64,000 nt of DNA from Chrysomallon squamiferum (Eukaryota; Animalia; Mollusca), in contig CM022672.1 in NCBI GenBank assembly GCA_012295275.1, positions 4,092,001-4,156,000 of the forward strand, in the 5' to 3' direction. Numbering within the stretch: position 1 is the first letter of the stretch; every line of letters starts with the position of its first letter. Below the pieces are notes generated by a model, which was given only the letters and a program-made list of their open reading frames with translations, was not told where the DNA came from and made no database searches. Below, piece after piece: positions 1 through 13,409 of this stretch. A program made the translations under genes and the position numbers.

Positions 1-138
1 AAACAACTGGAAGACTCTCTTTCCACTGCTTCAGAATCAGAGCAACATTTAGCTTACGAGTTAAGGAGAAAGGTGGAACAGTTTCAGGCTGAATTGTGGA
101 AGTTCAGATACAGTTCCAATCTGGAAGTCAGGAAACTG
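1..138 (+). CDS. JAKMIP: Exon 1 (5'-truncated): KQLEDSLSTASESEQHLAYELRRKVEQFQAELWKFRYSSNLEVRKL
   Basis: Open frame from base 1; donor CTG|GTAACA at 139; phase 0. Confidence 0.85.
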
Positions 139-3100
139 GTAACAAAAATTTAAAAATAAAAGCATGTTTTAGATAACTAAAATTTCAGTTATCTTTAAAT
201 ATATGTTTAAGCACATCCCTTTTTAAATTTGTTATTATTTGAGAAAAAAAAAAATGATACCATTTCAAGCTTTTTACCCCATCAACATCTAATATTTATT
301 TTATTTTATTTTATTTTATTTATTTAATTTTTTAAATGATTTTTTAAAGGAAGTAAAATATATTACATAGCACAAAAGACTTCTCCACCTTTTAACATTG
401 CATAAGATTTGCGTTATTGAATGTTACAAGATTTATAGTTGCTGGTAATTTCTGGCACACTTCCATCACAAAATAATTCAACCATCTTCAACTTCCTTGA
501 GTTTTTCAATAAAAGGCAGCCATGAGCATTGTTGACTTTAATTCTTTAAGAGATTTGTGAAATCTGTGTAGTACATGGTCTTGGTTGAGGTGCTAAGTCT
601 GGAAATCAGGTTGATCAGACACAGGTGGTCAGCTTTTCCTCACCGGTGGTGATTCTATCAGCAGGCTTATCTCCACTGAAGTTAATTATTTCAGAGAGGT
701 TAGAACTGCTAACAAGTAAATCTTGTTGACTGTTTTGTATAATAACAAATACTATTGTGAATGATTTCTGGTTTGGGGAAAAAAGGAATCCTATAACATC
801 ATCACATCTTTTTTTTTATCAACATTTATCTATTGTATGAAAACTTTCTTTTATTTTCATTGCACACTCACTCACCTTTACACATAATTTCTTTAAATAA
901 AAACCCAAATACTTTCATTTCTCCAACGTTTTCAGTGTGCAAATTAATTTTCATTCAGCTATAACTACTATATCAGATGTTCTTCAGGATGCTTTTGTTA
1001 CATACAACTAATGACAAAATGCTATGTAACTACAACAATGACTAGTTAAAAATATGAAAACAGAATTATATTCCAGAAAATAATAATATTAATAAATAAA
1101 TAAATATTATTTTTTTTAATGATATTTAATAAAATAATAATTAAAAAAAATACTTAAAATTTTAAAATATTTAAAAATAGTAATAATAAATTAAAATAAT
1201 AATTAAAAATATACTTAAAATTTTAAAATATTTAAAATTAGTAATAATAAATAAAAATAAAAATTATAAAAACATAATGTAACAACAATCTGCACTGACT
1301 AATCAAAAATAAAACAACAAAATAAAAGAAATAATATGTACCAAAGAGAAAATGAAAAAGAGGATACGGAAGATTTTACAAGTTGCAGATGTTACTGGAT
1401 AAGTCAGTCAGAGTGTTTGAAGTTCTTGAAGGAGTTATTTACTTTCTGAGCTGCAGTAATGTTGCACATCCCTGGAGTCCATCTCTTATGACTTTACTGA
1501 TAGGATTTACAAATACTGTCCAGACAAACACAGCCACAGTTATATTTGTACAAACTGCTGGTGAGGCTAAACGTAAAAATATATCAGCAATGAATCTAAA
1601 GCAGAAACATTCTGCCTGGAAACTATAGTCATAAACATAAGTTAATAAAAATAAGTGCACTTAAGTACAGACACACACACAAACACATACATACACAGAT
1701 ATAAATAAATACTTTTTTAATGTAAAACATTACTTACATTTCTGACTTATACATATGAAATGGTAAAGAAATAATTATTTTAATTTACTTACTCAGTTTT
1801 AAGATTTCATATTAGGTTTGGGATAGATGCTACTCTGAGAACAGTTTAGCATGCTAAAGAAAAGATCATTTTAAATTTTAGGTTATCTTTTTTTCTAACA
1901 ATTCCAAATAACTCAAAACTAACAATGAACCAGTCATTTCAATACAATCCAGCAACTTTTGTGTTATCAATGATGTCTTAAGAAGAAGCATTTTTAATAT
2001 AAAATATGTTCACCTCCACGAAAAGACATTTTGAAAACAGCAAATTATATTTCATTTTGTTCAGGCAAACATTTTGATAATGACTGATTTTTTAAATGCT
2101 AAAGAACACCACACTCCCTCATCGTCACTGTTCCATTCACATCTAACCTTTAATAAATATTAAGCAGATTAAAGCAACATTTGTTTTTTTTATTCTGTCT
2201 AAAATCAGTTAACAGGCAAAGAGGTTTTTTTCCACGTGACCCTATCTCCGTGATAGCTTTACTTCAAACTGAATAAACTTGATGTGATTTGTTCTGACCT
2301 TAGATCATTTAAAAGCAGCTACAAGTCACAAGGTTGTACAATTTTTGCATCGGAATGTCAATTTAGGATTTGCATGCATTGTCAATACCTCTGTCTTAGC
2401 TCTTTAAGTCTGATTAGCCCCAAAGACCATGTTAGCTTTTTAAAGAATGTTCTCTGCAAGTTGTGTTGACTGGGGATTGCGGTGATACCTTGGTACACAA
2501 GTAACACTAGGAGAGGCAAATCAGTGGCAAACATGTACACAAATGTCAATACACGGGACAGCAGGCAATTCTCACAGACAGGGTTTGATTGGAAAATATT
2601 ACAATATTTTGCAACCTGGTTTTAAAAGTAATTAGTGTCGTCCAATAACAAAAGGTTTCATAATGATGTAGAAGTAATATGATGGATGATGATAAAGACA
2701 CCAGTGGGTTTTTTTAAAAGAAAAAAGACCAAAAGTAAGTTAAATTATTTGTCAAACTAATAAAGTAATTTGGTTTATAAATACTGATTATTTATATTAT
2801 TATTATTATTATTTTTTTTTTTTGTTAACTGAATTATTGATCTTTATTATGTAATAAAATAAAATAAACAAGGATGCAGACCTTTTTTTCTTGAATATTA
2901 ACAATTTTGAAATTGTTATTTATCATTTTTGAACCTTTATTTATAATTTTTATTGTAAATGAACAATCTTCCATTTTATAATATTCTCCAATTACAGATA
3001 TACATTTATTTATTTTCGTTTTCTTCAATAATGTATATTCTGTTAATTGTGGATATTGAAATTTCATAACTTTTTAAAATACATTTTTGACAATTTTTAA

Positions 3101-5248
3101 TCATATTTGTTAAATATTTCCAGTTAGCACAATGATATATAATAGTCAGTATTCTCATATTTTTACATATACATATTTTTAATACTTAATTGCTTTCCTG
3201 TCAGTATAAATTGTTATTTAGATACCTTGAATCATATATCTTTAACCAAATTAGCTTTTTCGGTACTTGCATTTTTCTGATGCTCTATAAACCATTCAAA
3301 GTCTGTTTCAGACTGCAGTAGTTAAGAGTTTTTTTTCTTTTCATTACTTTGTGACTGACTGCTCATTAATCACCATCTGCACAGGTGCATGTATTTACAA
3401 TTTTGGGGGCACTGGTTTAAAAACCAGTATCTGTCAGCTGCATGTGGTTTACTAGCTGCATGTGGTTTTCTAACTGGCAGCTGATGTTTATTGTTTATTA
3501 TCAAGAATATGATAGGTAGTCACTTAATTAGTTTTTTCCTTCATGAGAAAATGTTAGCTTTTTGGTTCATTGCAATCTGCCTCAGCATTTTTTTTTAATT
3601 CAGATTACTGTTTATATATTTATTATTCTTTTTGTACTCCAAAACAGGCACTTATTCCATAGTGAGTACTCTCATTTCTAACCTTTAAAATGTTTCTTCA
3701 TTATTTAATAATTTTTGACTACAGTTAAAATAAAATTATTCCAATAGACTGACAACATTGTGTGCTTAAAAGGGACTCAGTCTTTCTAAGCTTTTTGCAT
3801 TTAGAACAAAAACAATATGCCAGGCAAAATGTCACGTAAATAAATTAATCTGAAATGTTAACAACACAGTCAATTCTGTACAACTGCTACTTGTAAAACA
3901 GTCTGATTACAAGTTAAATCTATGTAACATTTCATAAATATAAAAATAATAAAATGAATAACAATATATCAAATTTCACACATTTATTTTAGAAATAATT
4001 CTTTTTTTTCTTAAATATAACTCAAAGATAAGCATGTCCATCTGTACATATAAACATGTGCTTATAAATTATTCAGGCATATCTGTCATGGATATTATTT
4101 CTGTCAACATCAGCATTGTTACAACACTGACAAATATTTGTAATGTCTACAACACTCACATACTCTGGGGGGGGGGGTCACCCAGAACTGTAGAACTCCA
4201 GTGATAAGATGATAAGCAGCTTTTCAAAAGATTATGACATCATGACCTTGAACATCCTCTTTATTTGTATTGCAGTTCTAAGCCAAGATATACTATAAGA
4301 ATAAATACTGTGCTTATCTGATGTATTCTTGTAAAACAGAATATAAAAAAAAAACTTTGGTGTATTAATCCATGATGTTAACATGTACACTGACATGCAG
4401 CAGACACAGAAATAAGGAACACTAATCTGTAAAACAAACGTGATTTTGTCAGTTCAAGCTCAGATAATGTTAATTCTAAACATATTAATGTTAAAACAAG
4501 GTTTATATTTATCTGTAAAGAAGAAAATTGCCATTGCTATTCCAGTTAATACCTAAGCATATTCCATGTGCAAGACTGATATTTAATAAATGTGCTCATC
4601 TTTCTTTAATATTTGTACATGGTATGCAATACACTCCATATGGTGTATCTACAGAACATGTATTTTGTCTAAATATTTTATTTTAAATGTTTCTGAACTG
4701 AATATTTTCATAGTGTATAGCAACTTTATTGAAAAACTATTTAAAAAGCATCCAGTGATTGTTAATTTAACTATAAATTATATTAAAACGAGACCCTCAT
4801 GCTTGGAGATTAACTGATAGATAGGAAAACCCAAATATCACAGGTGCTGTGCAATAAAAACAGTTAATTTAATTTGTGAAAAAGATTTTCTAATTCCCAG
4901 CTCTCCTGGGAAATTAGCCTGATTGAAACTGTCAGGTGTTTTTGTTTTTATTCCCAGAGTGAAATTAAATGTCAGAGAAGTCTCTAGTTTATAATCCAGC
5001 AGACTCAAGTGTGCTGTAGATCAGTGTTACTTTGCAGGATCAGTCTTAATCAGTTTAGACTGTTGGTCTTCTCCTGTTCCAATCTGCTCTCTAAGAGCAG
5101 TATAATTAAATGTAATGGAATGATCTTTTTTGCATTTCCTTGAATTAACTGGTAACAGTAGTCCATGAAACAATAGCAGGTTTCTTCTCCTGAATTTATT
5201 ATTCAACAGCAACAAAAACTACTTTTTTTTTATTTATACCTCCACTCA

Positions 5249-5289
<41 letters not shown>

Positions 5290-8200
5290 AAAAACACCTT
5301 TACATTTTATCCAACATCTTGCAGCGAGAATGAGAAGAATTTAATTTTTCTTTTAAATTTATATATTCAATAGGAAAATGAAATCCACAGTAAATGGATC
5401 ACTGAATTATGAATGCTTGTCATAACTTTATCTGAAATTTCTAATCATTCCCCCATTAAATAAATAAAAATAATAATGAAATCAATAAAGATAGGAAAAG
5501 CAAAATTACCAATAGACATTTTTCTTCAATCTGTCATTAACAAACTGACAGCTGATCTGCTATGTATTCCAGTGTGTCTATCATAAAGCAGCAGACAAAT
5601 AAGCTGAATTATACATCTGTGCACCGATCACAGTAAAGTAATTAATTGAACACTGTTCAGTAAAATCCATTATTTCCTTGTTAACTCCAAGAGTACCCTT
5701 TTTCACAACTTAAGAAAAAGCCTATTTACACCGTGAATGAAGTTCAAGAGTAACCCAAGTGAACAGTGCAAATCTGTGTGTGCCATGATAATAGCCACTG
5801 TGATTACTGAAATGATTTCTACATACATAATACTATTTCTTTTCTTTTTTTCCATTTCTCAATATAACAAAATGTAACTAATGTGAATTTCATAGCATTC
5901 AAATCATATGATAAAGAAAACACAAAAATAAACATGACTCTTATTTTGGATATTAGGGCAAGATCTCGATACAAAAGTCTGAAATGCAAGTAGCAGGTAG
6001 GTTAATTTGATTTATGAAGGCCTACCAAATTAAAAAAAAATATATATTTTAATGACATCATTAACCATGATGAGGATCTCTACCATGGGATTCATTTCAC
6101 TGATTAAATGAATGATTTCTCCATTAACTATACATATATATATATAAAAATTAAAATATTAATATATATGACTTTATAGATATATAATAATTTATAAATT
6201 TCATTCAAATATATTAATACTTTAATTATATAATAATTTATATATTTCATTCAAATATATTAATACTTTAATTATATAATAATATATAAATTTCATTCAA
6301 ATATATTAATACTTTAATTTTTGTTAAAACCTACTGGTTCTTTATCATTATGTTCCATTTTATAACACACAACCCTTTCTGTTTTTCCTTCTGAATTATT
6401 TTCACCAAAGAGTTGATGTATTTTTTTTCTTTAGATTTATTTCTGACTTTTATTATTATTTTTGTGAAATAATTAAATTACTATTTGGCAAATGTGTGAA
6501 GTTGAAATTGTCTGGTCTCAAAGGGCAATTCCTAATTCCTCTAGATGGTCTTTTATAAGAAAAAGTTCATGTATAGGTTAATTCTGAGTAGCTGAAGATA
6601 TATACTCCCAAGTTAACTTCTCCAGCTCTCTGTTGATTGCTATCACCTGCAATTTGTGTATTTTTATTTGATTCCTGACCTAAAGGATTCCATCAGAACT
6701 TTTTTTCCACAAGAAATGTTGCAATGTTTATATTCATGGTGTGAATCAGGTTAGACTGAAAATTACAAAATCTTTTCATCTGGCTTATTAAGTTATTAGG
6801 TGTCAGTTTTGAACTCTTTGCACAAAATGATTGTTTAATTGTCTATAATGCAAGTCAGAAGATTTCTACTATCTATCCCATTTCAATTTGTCAGCACTGT
6901 GAAAAATAAGTAGTGCTGGAATTTGCAAAAATATTTGGCAAATTTCCCATGTTTTTATTTCTCATAGAAAGCCTGACAAAAGTTTTGTTCTCCTACAGTT
7001 TTTTGTTGATCTTTTTTAATTCAGTTATTATGTGTCAGTTTGTACAAAAAAATTATTAATTTTGTTGTCATCAATAATATTGCAAGAACAAAACGAAATT
7101 ATTATTACAATTTAATCTGTCCATCCTTCTTTCAGAACTTAAATCTTTAACTTTTTAAAAATGTTTCAAAAGTAATCCATAATAATACCAGTCCAAATAA
7201 TGAATGTTCATTTTTTATATTTGTTTTATATTATTATTTCAAGCTGGCAACAGCTCTGTGATAGAACATTTTATTGATGAATGATTAGTTGCAGGTTCAG
7301 TTCTTATTAGTGCTCTCTTAGACCCATTTAGATGTTTATTTTTTGTCTGTTGGAAATTGCTTATACAACATAATTCACTATCATTAGTATATAGGATTGT
7401 AAAACAGATTCATACTTACATTATATTGATGTGTCTTTAAATTAATGTTCATTAATCAGTCAGTTATTGCAATATTTATCACAATTCAGAAAAAGTCTAA
7501 AATATATCTTTAATTCTGAAAAAAAAATGAAAAAAAAAGTAAAAAACAATAATTTTTTTTTATTTTGTATGACAAACATTATTATGTTACTTCAGTGAAT
7601 AAACTGGAAGTTATTATTTTTGGTTTCTTAATCAAACTAATTCAGTTGATGTCCGTGTGTTGATGGAATTGTGTTGAACAGACCAACAACAGTCCATTTA
7701 TTTATGCAGCTGTTTTTCTTTGGTGTAAAAATTACAACAACACTATCTGTCTGTCTGGCGGACCTGTTGTTTTGAGTTTGCTCAGGCTAATGACGAGAGT
7801 ATGTATGTGGAGTCTGGAACTTTAAGAATCAGTCCAGCTCCCCAGCCAGTAACACCAGGCTTAAGGTTCCTCTACTATGGAAACATGTCATTCTGTGAAA
7901 CAAACGTACCCAGCTCATAAATATCGGTCTCCACAGTACATAAGAATATATTCAACTTTAGGGCATTTAACCAATACTGTGAGTATTTCACTTTATCTTT
8001 CTTTCTTTTTTTTTCTTTTTTTTAAATATAATGAATGTGAAGAAATAATAAAAAAAATAAAAAAATGAAAATATTTCAGTAATTAATTATTATCAAGTAT
8101 TTTCTTATTTATTTTGTTATTATTTTCAACCACTTATTTCTTTATATATATATATATGAATGGAATGGTATCTGAGAAAGAAAAAAGAAATCTTAGACAT

Positions 8201-11143
8201 AGCGTGAGTATATGATTAGGATAAATGGCTGCTGAGTAACTGGACTTGAAACATCATCACATAATTTCTAGATGAATCATTTGTGTGACTTTTCTAATAA
8301 TTATTTGAAAATTAGAATATATGTGCGTGTGTTTATTCCATATTGTATTTGAGTTTTCTTTGAAAATAAAGAAAATGAATATACGTTATTTTGCAGACTT
8401 CAATTATTAAAATATCAACAAAAAAACCCAACAAACAGACCCCTCCTAAAACAAAACAACAACAAAAAAGAGAAAAACAAAACAAAACACCTGCCAAAAA
8501 ACAAACAACAACCAACAATTAATAAATTGATAATTAAATAAAATTAAATAATGGAATTCCTCACTGAAGCACAAATTAATTTATTTCTCAAATTAAGATG
8601 AAACACAAGTTAGATAAATTACGGAATACATGCAAAATCTTCTTGTTTATTGTGAGATATATTACAACTGTATTTAAATTTACTTAACTATGTTCTTAAA
8701 CCCTCATATACAATTTTGAATTAATAGACATTATTTGGCTGCCATTTGTAACAATATATTTTAATCAATTAGTAATTTTATGTACATTGGCCCCTATCAT
8801 ATATTTTTAAGTTGTGTGTTGTGTGTGGTTTGTGTTCTTTTTTTTTATTCTTTCTGTTTTTTAAATTTGTTTTGTTCATAATAGTATTTTACAGGTTATT
8901 TTTACTGATTTCCAGCTGTTTATGTATTTTTTCTTTACACTAAATGGACTTTGAGTCTTTACGGGACTGTGAAATTGTACATCACATTCATTTTATTGTG
9001 AATTTACTGCTCCTAAGTAAGCTCTGTAATCCTGAGACACAGTCTACACCCTGTTTTAGTATCATTAATTAGTTATATAAAAACACTTGCAAAAATATGA
9101 GATTACTGTTTGTTATGGTTTAAGCAATTAGATGTACTTTTACAGCATGTGCATAACATCTACAAAAAATTACTCTATTTTGACATTTATATTTCAATCA
9201 TGTTAGTCCTAAATACAGAAGCTGAAGACAGATTTGTTGCAGAAATGATTATGGAAGAAGAAATAGTTTTGAAAAAAAAAAAGGAATATAAAATTCCAGA
9301 GTAATTTCTTGATTTAATCTACTGCAATCATATGAGTATTTCACTTGAATAAATATAATGATCAATATTGCACTGAAGTAATGTAGGCCATGTTAAGACT
9401 AGTTGCAATAAGTGGATGTAATGATTAACCAGTTTGTGAACACTGAATATTCTGAGGTTAAATGTTTCTTAAATAGTTAAGTATTTCTTTCTCTTAATTT
9501 TTCTCTGTATAATTAAGCTAATCATTTTTTGAAAATCTCATTAATTAACAGAATACATTAAATGCCTTGTCTTACATTGTTGTTTAATGAAAAACGTTAT
9601 GTACTGTTTATTATTTTGCATACAGTAATTTTTTAATTTTGACGTAAACATTTTTATTTGCAAATAAGAAACATCAGAAATAGAAATAACTAATACTGGA
9701 TTTAACATACACATATATTACTTATTTAAATAATATCAGTTTATATTTAAACTCATGAATATCATGTTATTCATTAAAAGGAAACAAATAATGGACTTGT
9801 AACAGACCCAACTTATTTCATGTATAAATAAGCAAAAATGAAAAAATCATTTCTTAAAACAAAACATTTTCTCATAATTTTCAGAAGCAGGGTTTTGGGG
9901 GTTTTTTTTATTATGGTTTATATATATATATATATATAAAACATTTTATTTATTTATTTTTTATGTTAATTTGTTAGCCTATGTAAGACAACAATAACAT
10001 GGTAACAGGGATGGACTGTGATTATTCTAAGGGATTAGACATGACTTGTTGCAGCATCTGTCATCCTCAATCTGTCCATTAGGCAGTTTCCCCATCCCAT
10101 TCTGTTTGCTTTCTACTTTGTGTGTTTCTGTTCTCTTTGCATGTATAATCCTGAACATTTATATTTTGAAACAAAACACTTCTTCCTTTTTTCATTCCCT
10201 TTCTTTTTCTTTTTTTCAAGATTATAGCAAACGTGGTCTTTGCCAGTATTTTAATAATTTGTTACTTCAGTACTTAGTTTCATATATTTTTCTTGGTTTT
10301 GTTTAGCAAATGATACACTAAGCTAAACAGTTAGAAAATCATATATCTAAGTTTGCATTTGTGTTGGTTATATATCGTATATGTACTCCATTCACAAACA
10401 TTTTGAGACCTACCCTCACATTCCAATCTTGAAATTATCACATAATTTACATATAAATTTGGCAAGTCTTTCAGAATTTTATCACACTTTGTTCAGTTGC
10501 CATGACAACATTTTGTAATCTTAACTATTTGAAATGTAACACAGAGAAATTTCCAGGTTTATACACAACTACTGACCAAAATGGAAAAATTATCTTGAAA
10601 TGTATTTCCTAGGATAAGTAACAGATTAAAAACTTAATGATTCCTGTCAGAAGAATTTATTTATTTATTTAAATTAAATATTAATACTTATTATTGTTAA
10701 AGCATATAAATTAATTAATTATGTGGATATTCCTCTTCTCTTATATATTGTGTGTATGTGTGTGTGTGTGATTGAAGTAATATAAACTGATATATACCAA
10801 ACATCAGTTTGTATAGTTTCTTTTTTCTTCATTCTGATACTTATGTAAATATGTAAATAAAAGTAAAACCCCAATCACAGCTCTTAAATGCTTCTGGAAA
10901 TCACTTTATAAACAACAATTAAAATTATTCAAAATTATTCATTTAAACTTTACTGATATGAAAAATTTCTAGTAAGAACTTAAGGTCTAATTTCTTTTTT
11001 TAAATATAAATAAATTATACATGTATATAAAAAGAATTGTATTCAAATATTATTTCAAATCTTTTATCAAAAATATATCTTATTTCATTTCAGTTATTTT
11101 CAGACATGGAAAATATGGTTTATTTTTTTTTAGTTGTCCAGAA

Positions 11144-11174
<31 letters not shown>

Positions 11175-13371
11175 AAAAAAAAAAAAAAAAAAAAAAAAAA
11201 GATCAAAGCTGGTCTGCCTAAAATATTGCTTTTTGATTTTTAAAAAAAAATTTTTTTTTGCTGTTTATTTAAACTATAATATAAAACCAGTCCTGAAAAT
11301 CTAAATATCTTTCATGGTACAATCTTAAAATTTGAAAGATATTACTTTTAGACATAGAGAAAGACTGAAAAAGATAAAAATGAATCAGCACTGAAAACTA
11401 AAAATGTGTTTTCTATTTTTTGGGGAAATACTCATCTGATGTATTTACTTGTGTGGTTTAGGTTTTGACACAACCCCTGAAGCTGATGCTTTGTCTGTTG
11501 AAGATGAGTTTACCTGACTTATCTGTGCTACTGGGTTTTTAGTTCCCAGGAATTCCTCTTAAAACTTTAAAGTAAAAACTCTGTAGTATTTCAGAGACCT
11601 CTAAAATCCTAAAGAAAACTTTTGGAAGAATGTCAGCTTGCCTTTAAGCTTTTCTTTTTTTTTGGTGTACTCTTAAGTTCTGCTTGTTGAGTTTCCATGG
11701 ATACTAGCTATTTTTGGTAAGAATGGATATCTAACTTGCATGTCTCACTGACATGCAGACATGTTTATTAGCAGCATGCACTCATTCAGAAGCCTAATGT
11801 AAAACCCAGCAATTTTTCTTTTTTATGCAAATCTAATATTGGTAACTGTATCACTGGACTAATCAAATTAGTATATAATATGAATTAATGTAAAATGTTT
11901 CCAAATGTCTTATTATGGTGATAAACTTTTATGTTTTTTTTTTTTTTTATGAAAGATAATAGCTTAACTAAGTGGAAACAGATTTTAAAAACTGATATTT
12001 ATCAGCAGCAAATATTGTATTGTTAATAAAAGCTAATTAGTCATTATTATTATTGAAAATTAAAATGAATTAGGTTAATTGTCCTAATTGATTGTTAGCA
12101 AATCAAAGGTAATTAAAAGTCAAAATTTGGCATTTAGTGTATGTAAGTAATAAAATATAATAATAATAATCATATAAATTCAGTGTAAGTGTGTCTAAAA
12201 ATTGATAAACACAAATCACAATGATATTTATTCTTTATATACTTTAAATAATATTTCCTGAAGCAAATTAAAACAATTTAATTTCTTTAATACAGTATCC
12301 ATTATTAATTAGTCTCATCATTTTTTTTTCATTTTTTAATACATAATACATAAAACAATTATGTTTGCATTTTTATTTTTATTTTTATTTTATTTATTTT
12401 TTCCCAATTTAAATAAATAATAAAGTAAGTTATAATTATGATATCACTTAGAAGTAATGTCATGTTTTCTTAAAAGAAATTTGTAATAATAATAAAATAA
12501 AAACAAAAATAAAACAGATAACAAAAGATGGACAGGAATATTAAATTATTTAATAATAACTTTAATTTTTTTTATAAAAATAGCAATAATTTACTATTTT
12601 TAATATATTCAGTAGTAAGTTAAAGATTAACCATATGGGTTTTTTTTTCCACCTCTGAAATAAAACATAAACTAAGTATCTTTATTAAAGCAATTATCAA
12701 TGTCACTCACCTGCAAACATAACAACATTAAACATTAGCAGTGAAAACATTAAAAATTTATGTTCATCAACTTAATTAATAATTATATCATTGAATTTGG
12801 ATATTAGAACAAAACTGGTTAAGAATATCATTTATTTAATAAACTTTTCTGACTGATGAAAGAAATTATATGCAAATTCTTGCATAAATGTTTAAATATT
12901 ATATTTACACAAGCATATTTTATCAATACAGATGTTTTTTTCAGAAACAAAAATTTATTAAGCACAATACACCCAAACAAAATATATAAAAGGTTTTGGT
13001 TCCTCAGAAAAATTCTGACCAAAACATTACAAAAATGTTGAAAGTTGTTAATCAGAATAATTGTTAACTAGCCTAGTGATTATTCATTCTAACACTAATA
13101 TTCCTTTTTCTCCAGATAGAACGGTTGAAGTCTAAGGACAAAATAATTTCGCACCTCGAAAAAGAGCTGGGTCGTAGATCGAGGTATGCCCTATCAGTTG
13201 AAGAGAAAATAAGAGCCCGATCAGAAGAATTGAAGAAGTCGAGAGGTGTGATCGGGACTCACTCCGTGATGAAGATGGAGACCGAATCCTCGGACAGACT
13301 TAGCTCCAGTCCTAATGAACTAGGCAATGGCTACGAGACCAATGCAAAAATAACTAATTCTGATTTAGTAA

Positions 13372-13409
<38 letters not shown>

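Noticed and set aside
5250-5287. Long poly-A/poly-T runs (also 11173-11200, 22953-22999, 30593-30626) as retroposon tails
   Set aside because: No recognisable element body or target-site duplication next to them, and homopolymers are common throughout the window.
6181-6318. Regular repeats here and at 60024-60130 considered as CRISPR-like arrays
   Set aside because: Head-to-tail AT-rich units with no unique spacers, lying in eukaryotic introns with no cas genes.
1383-12856. Short ORFs in intron 1 other than the one at 7877 (e.g. 1383-1628, 9110-9304, 10046-10306)
   Set aside because: AT-rich low-complexity translations, no convincing flanking splice sites in compatible phase, no recognisable domain.
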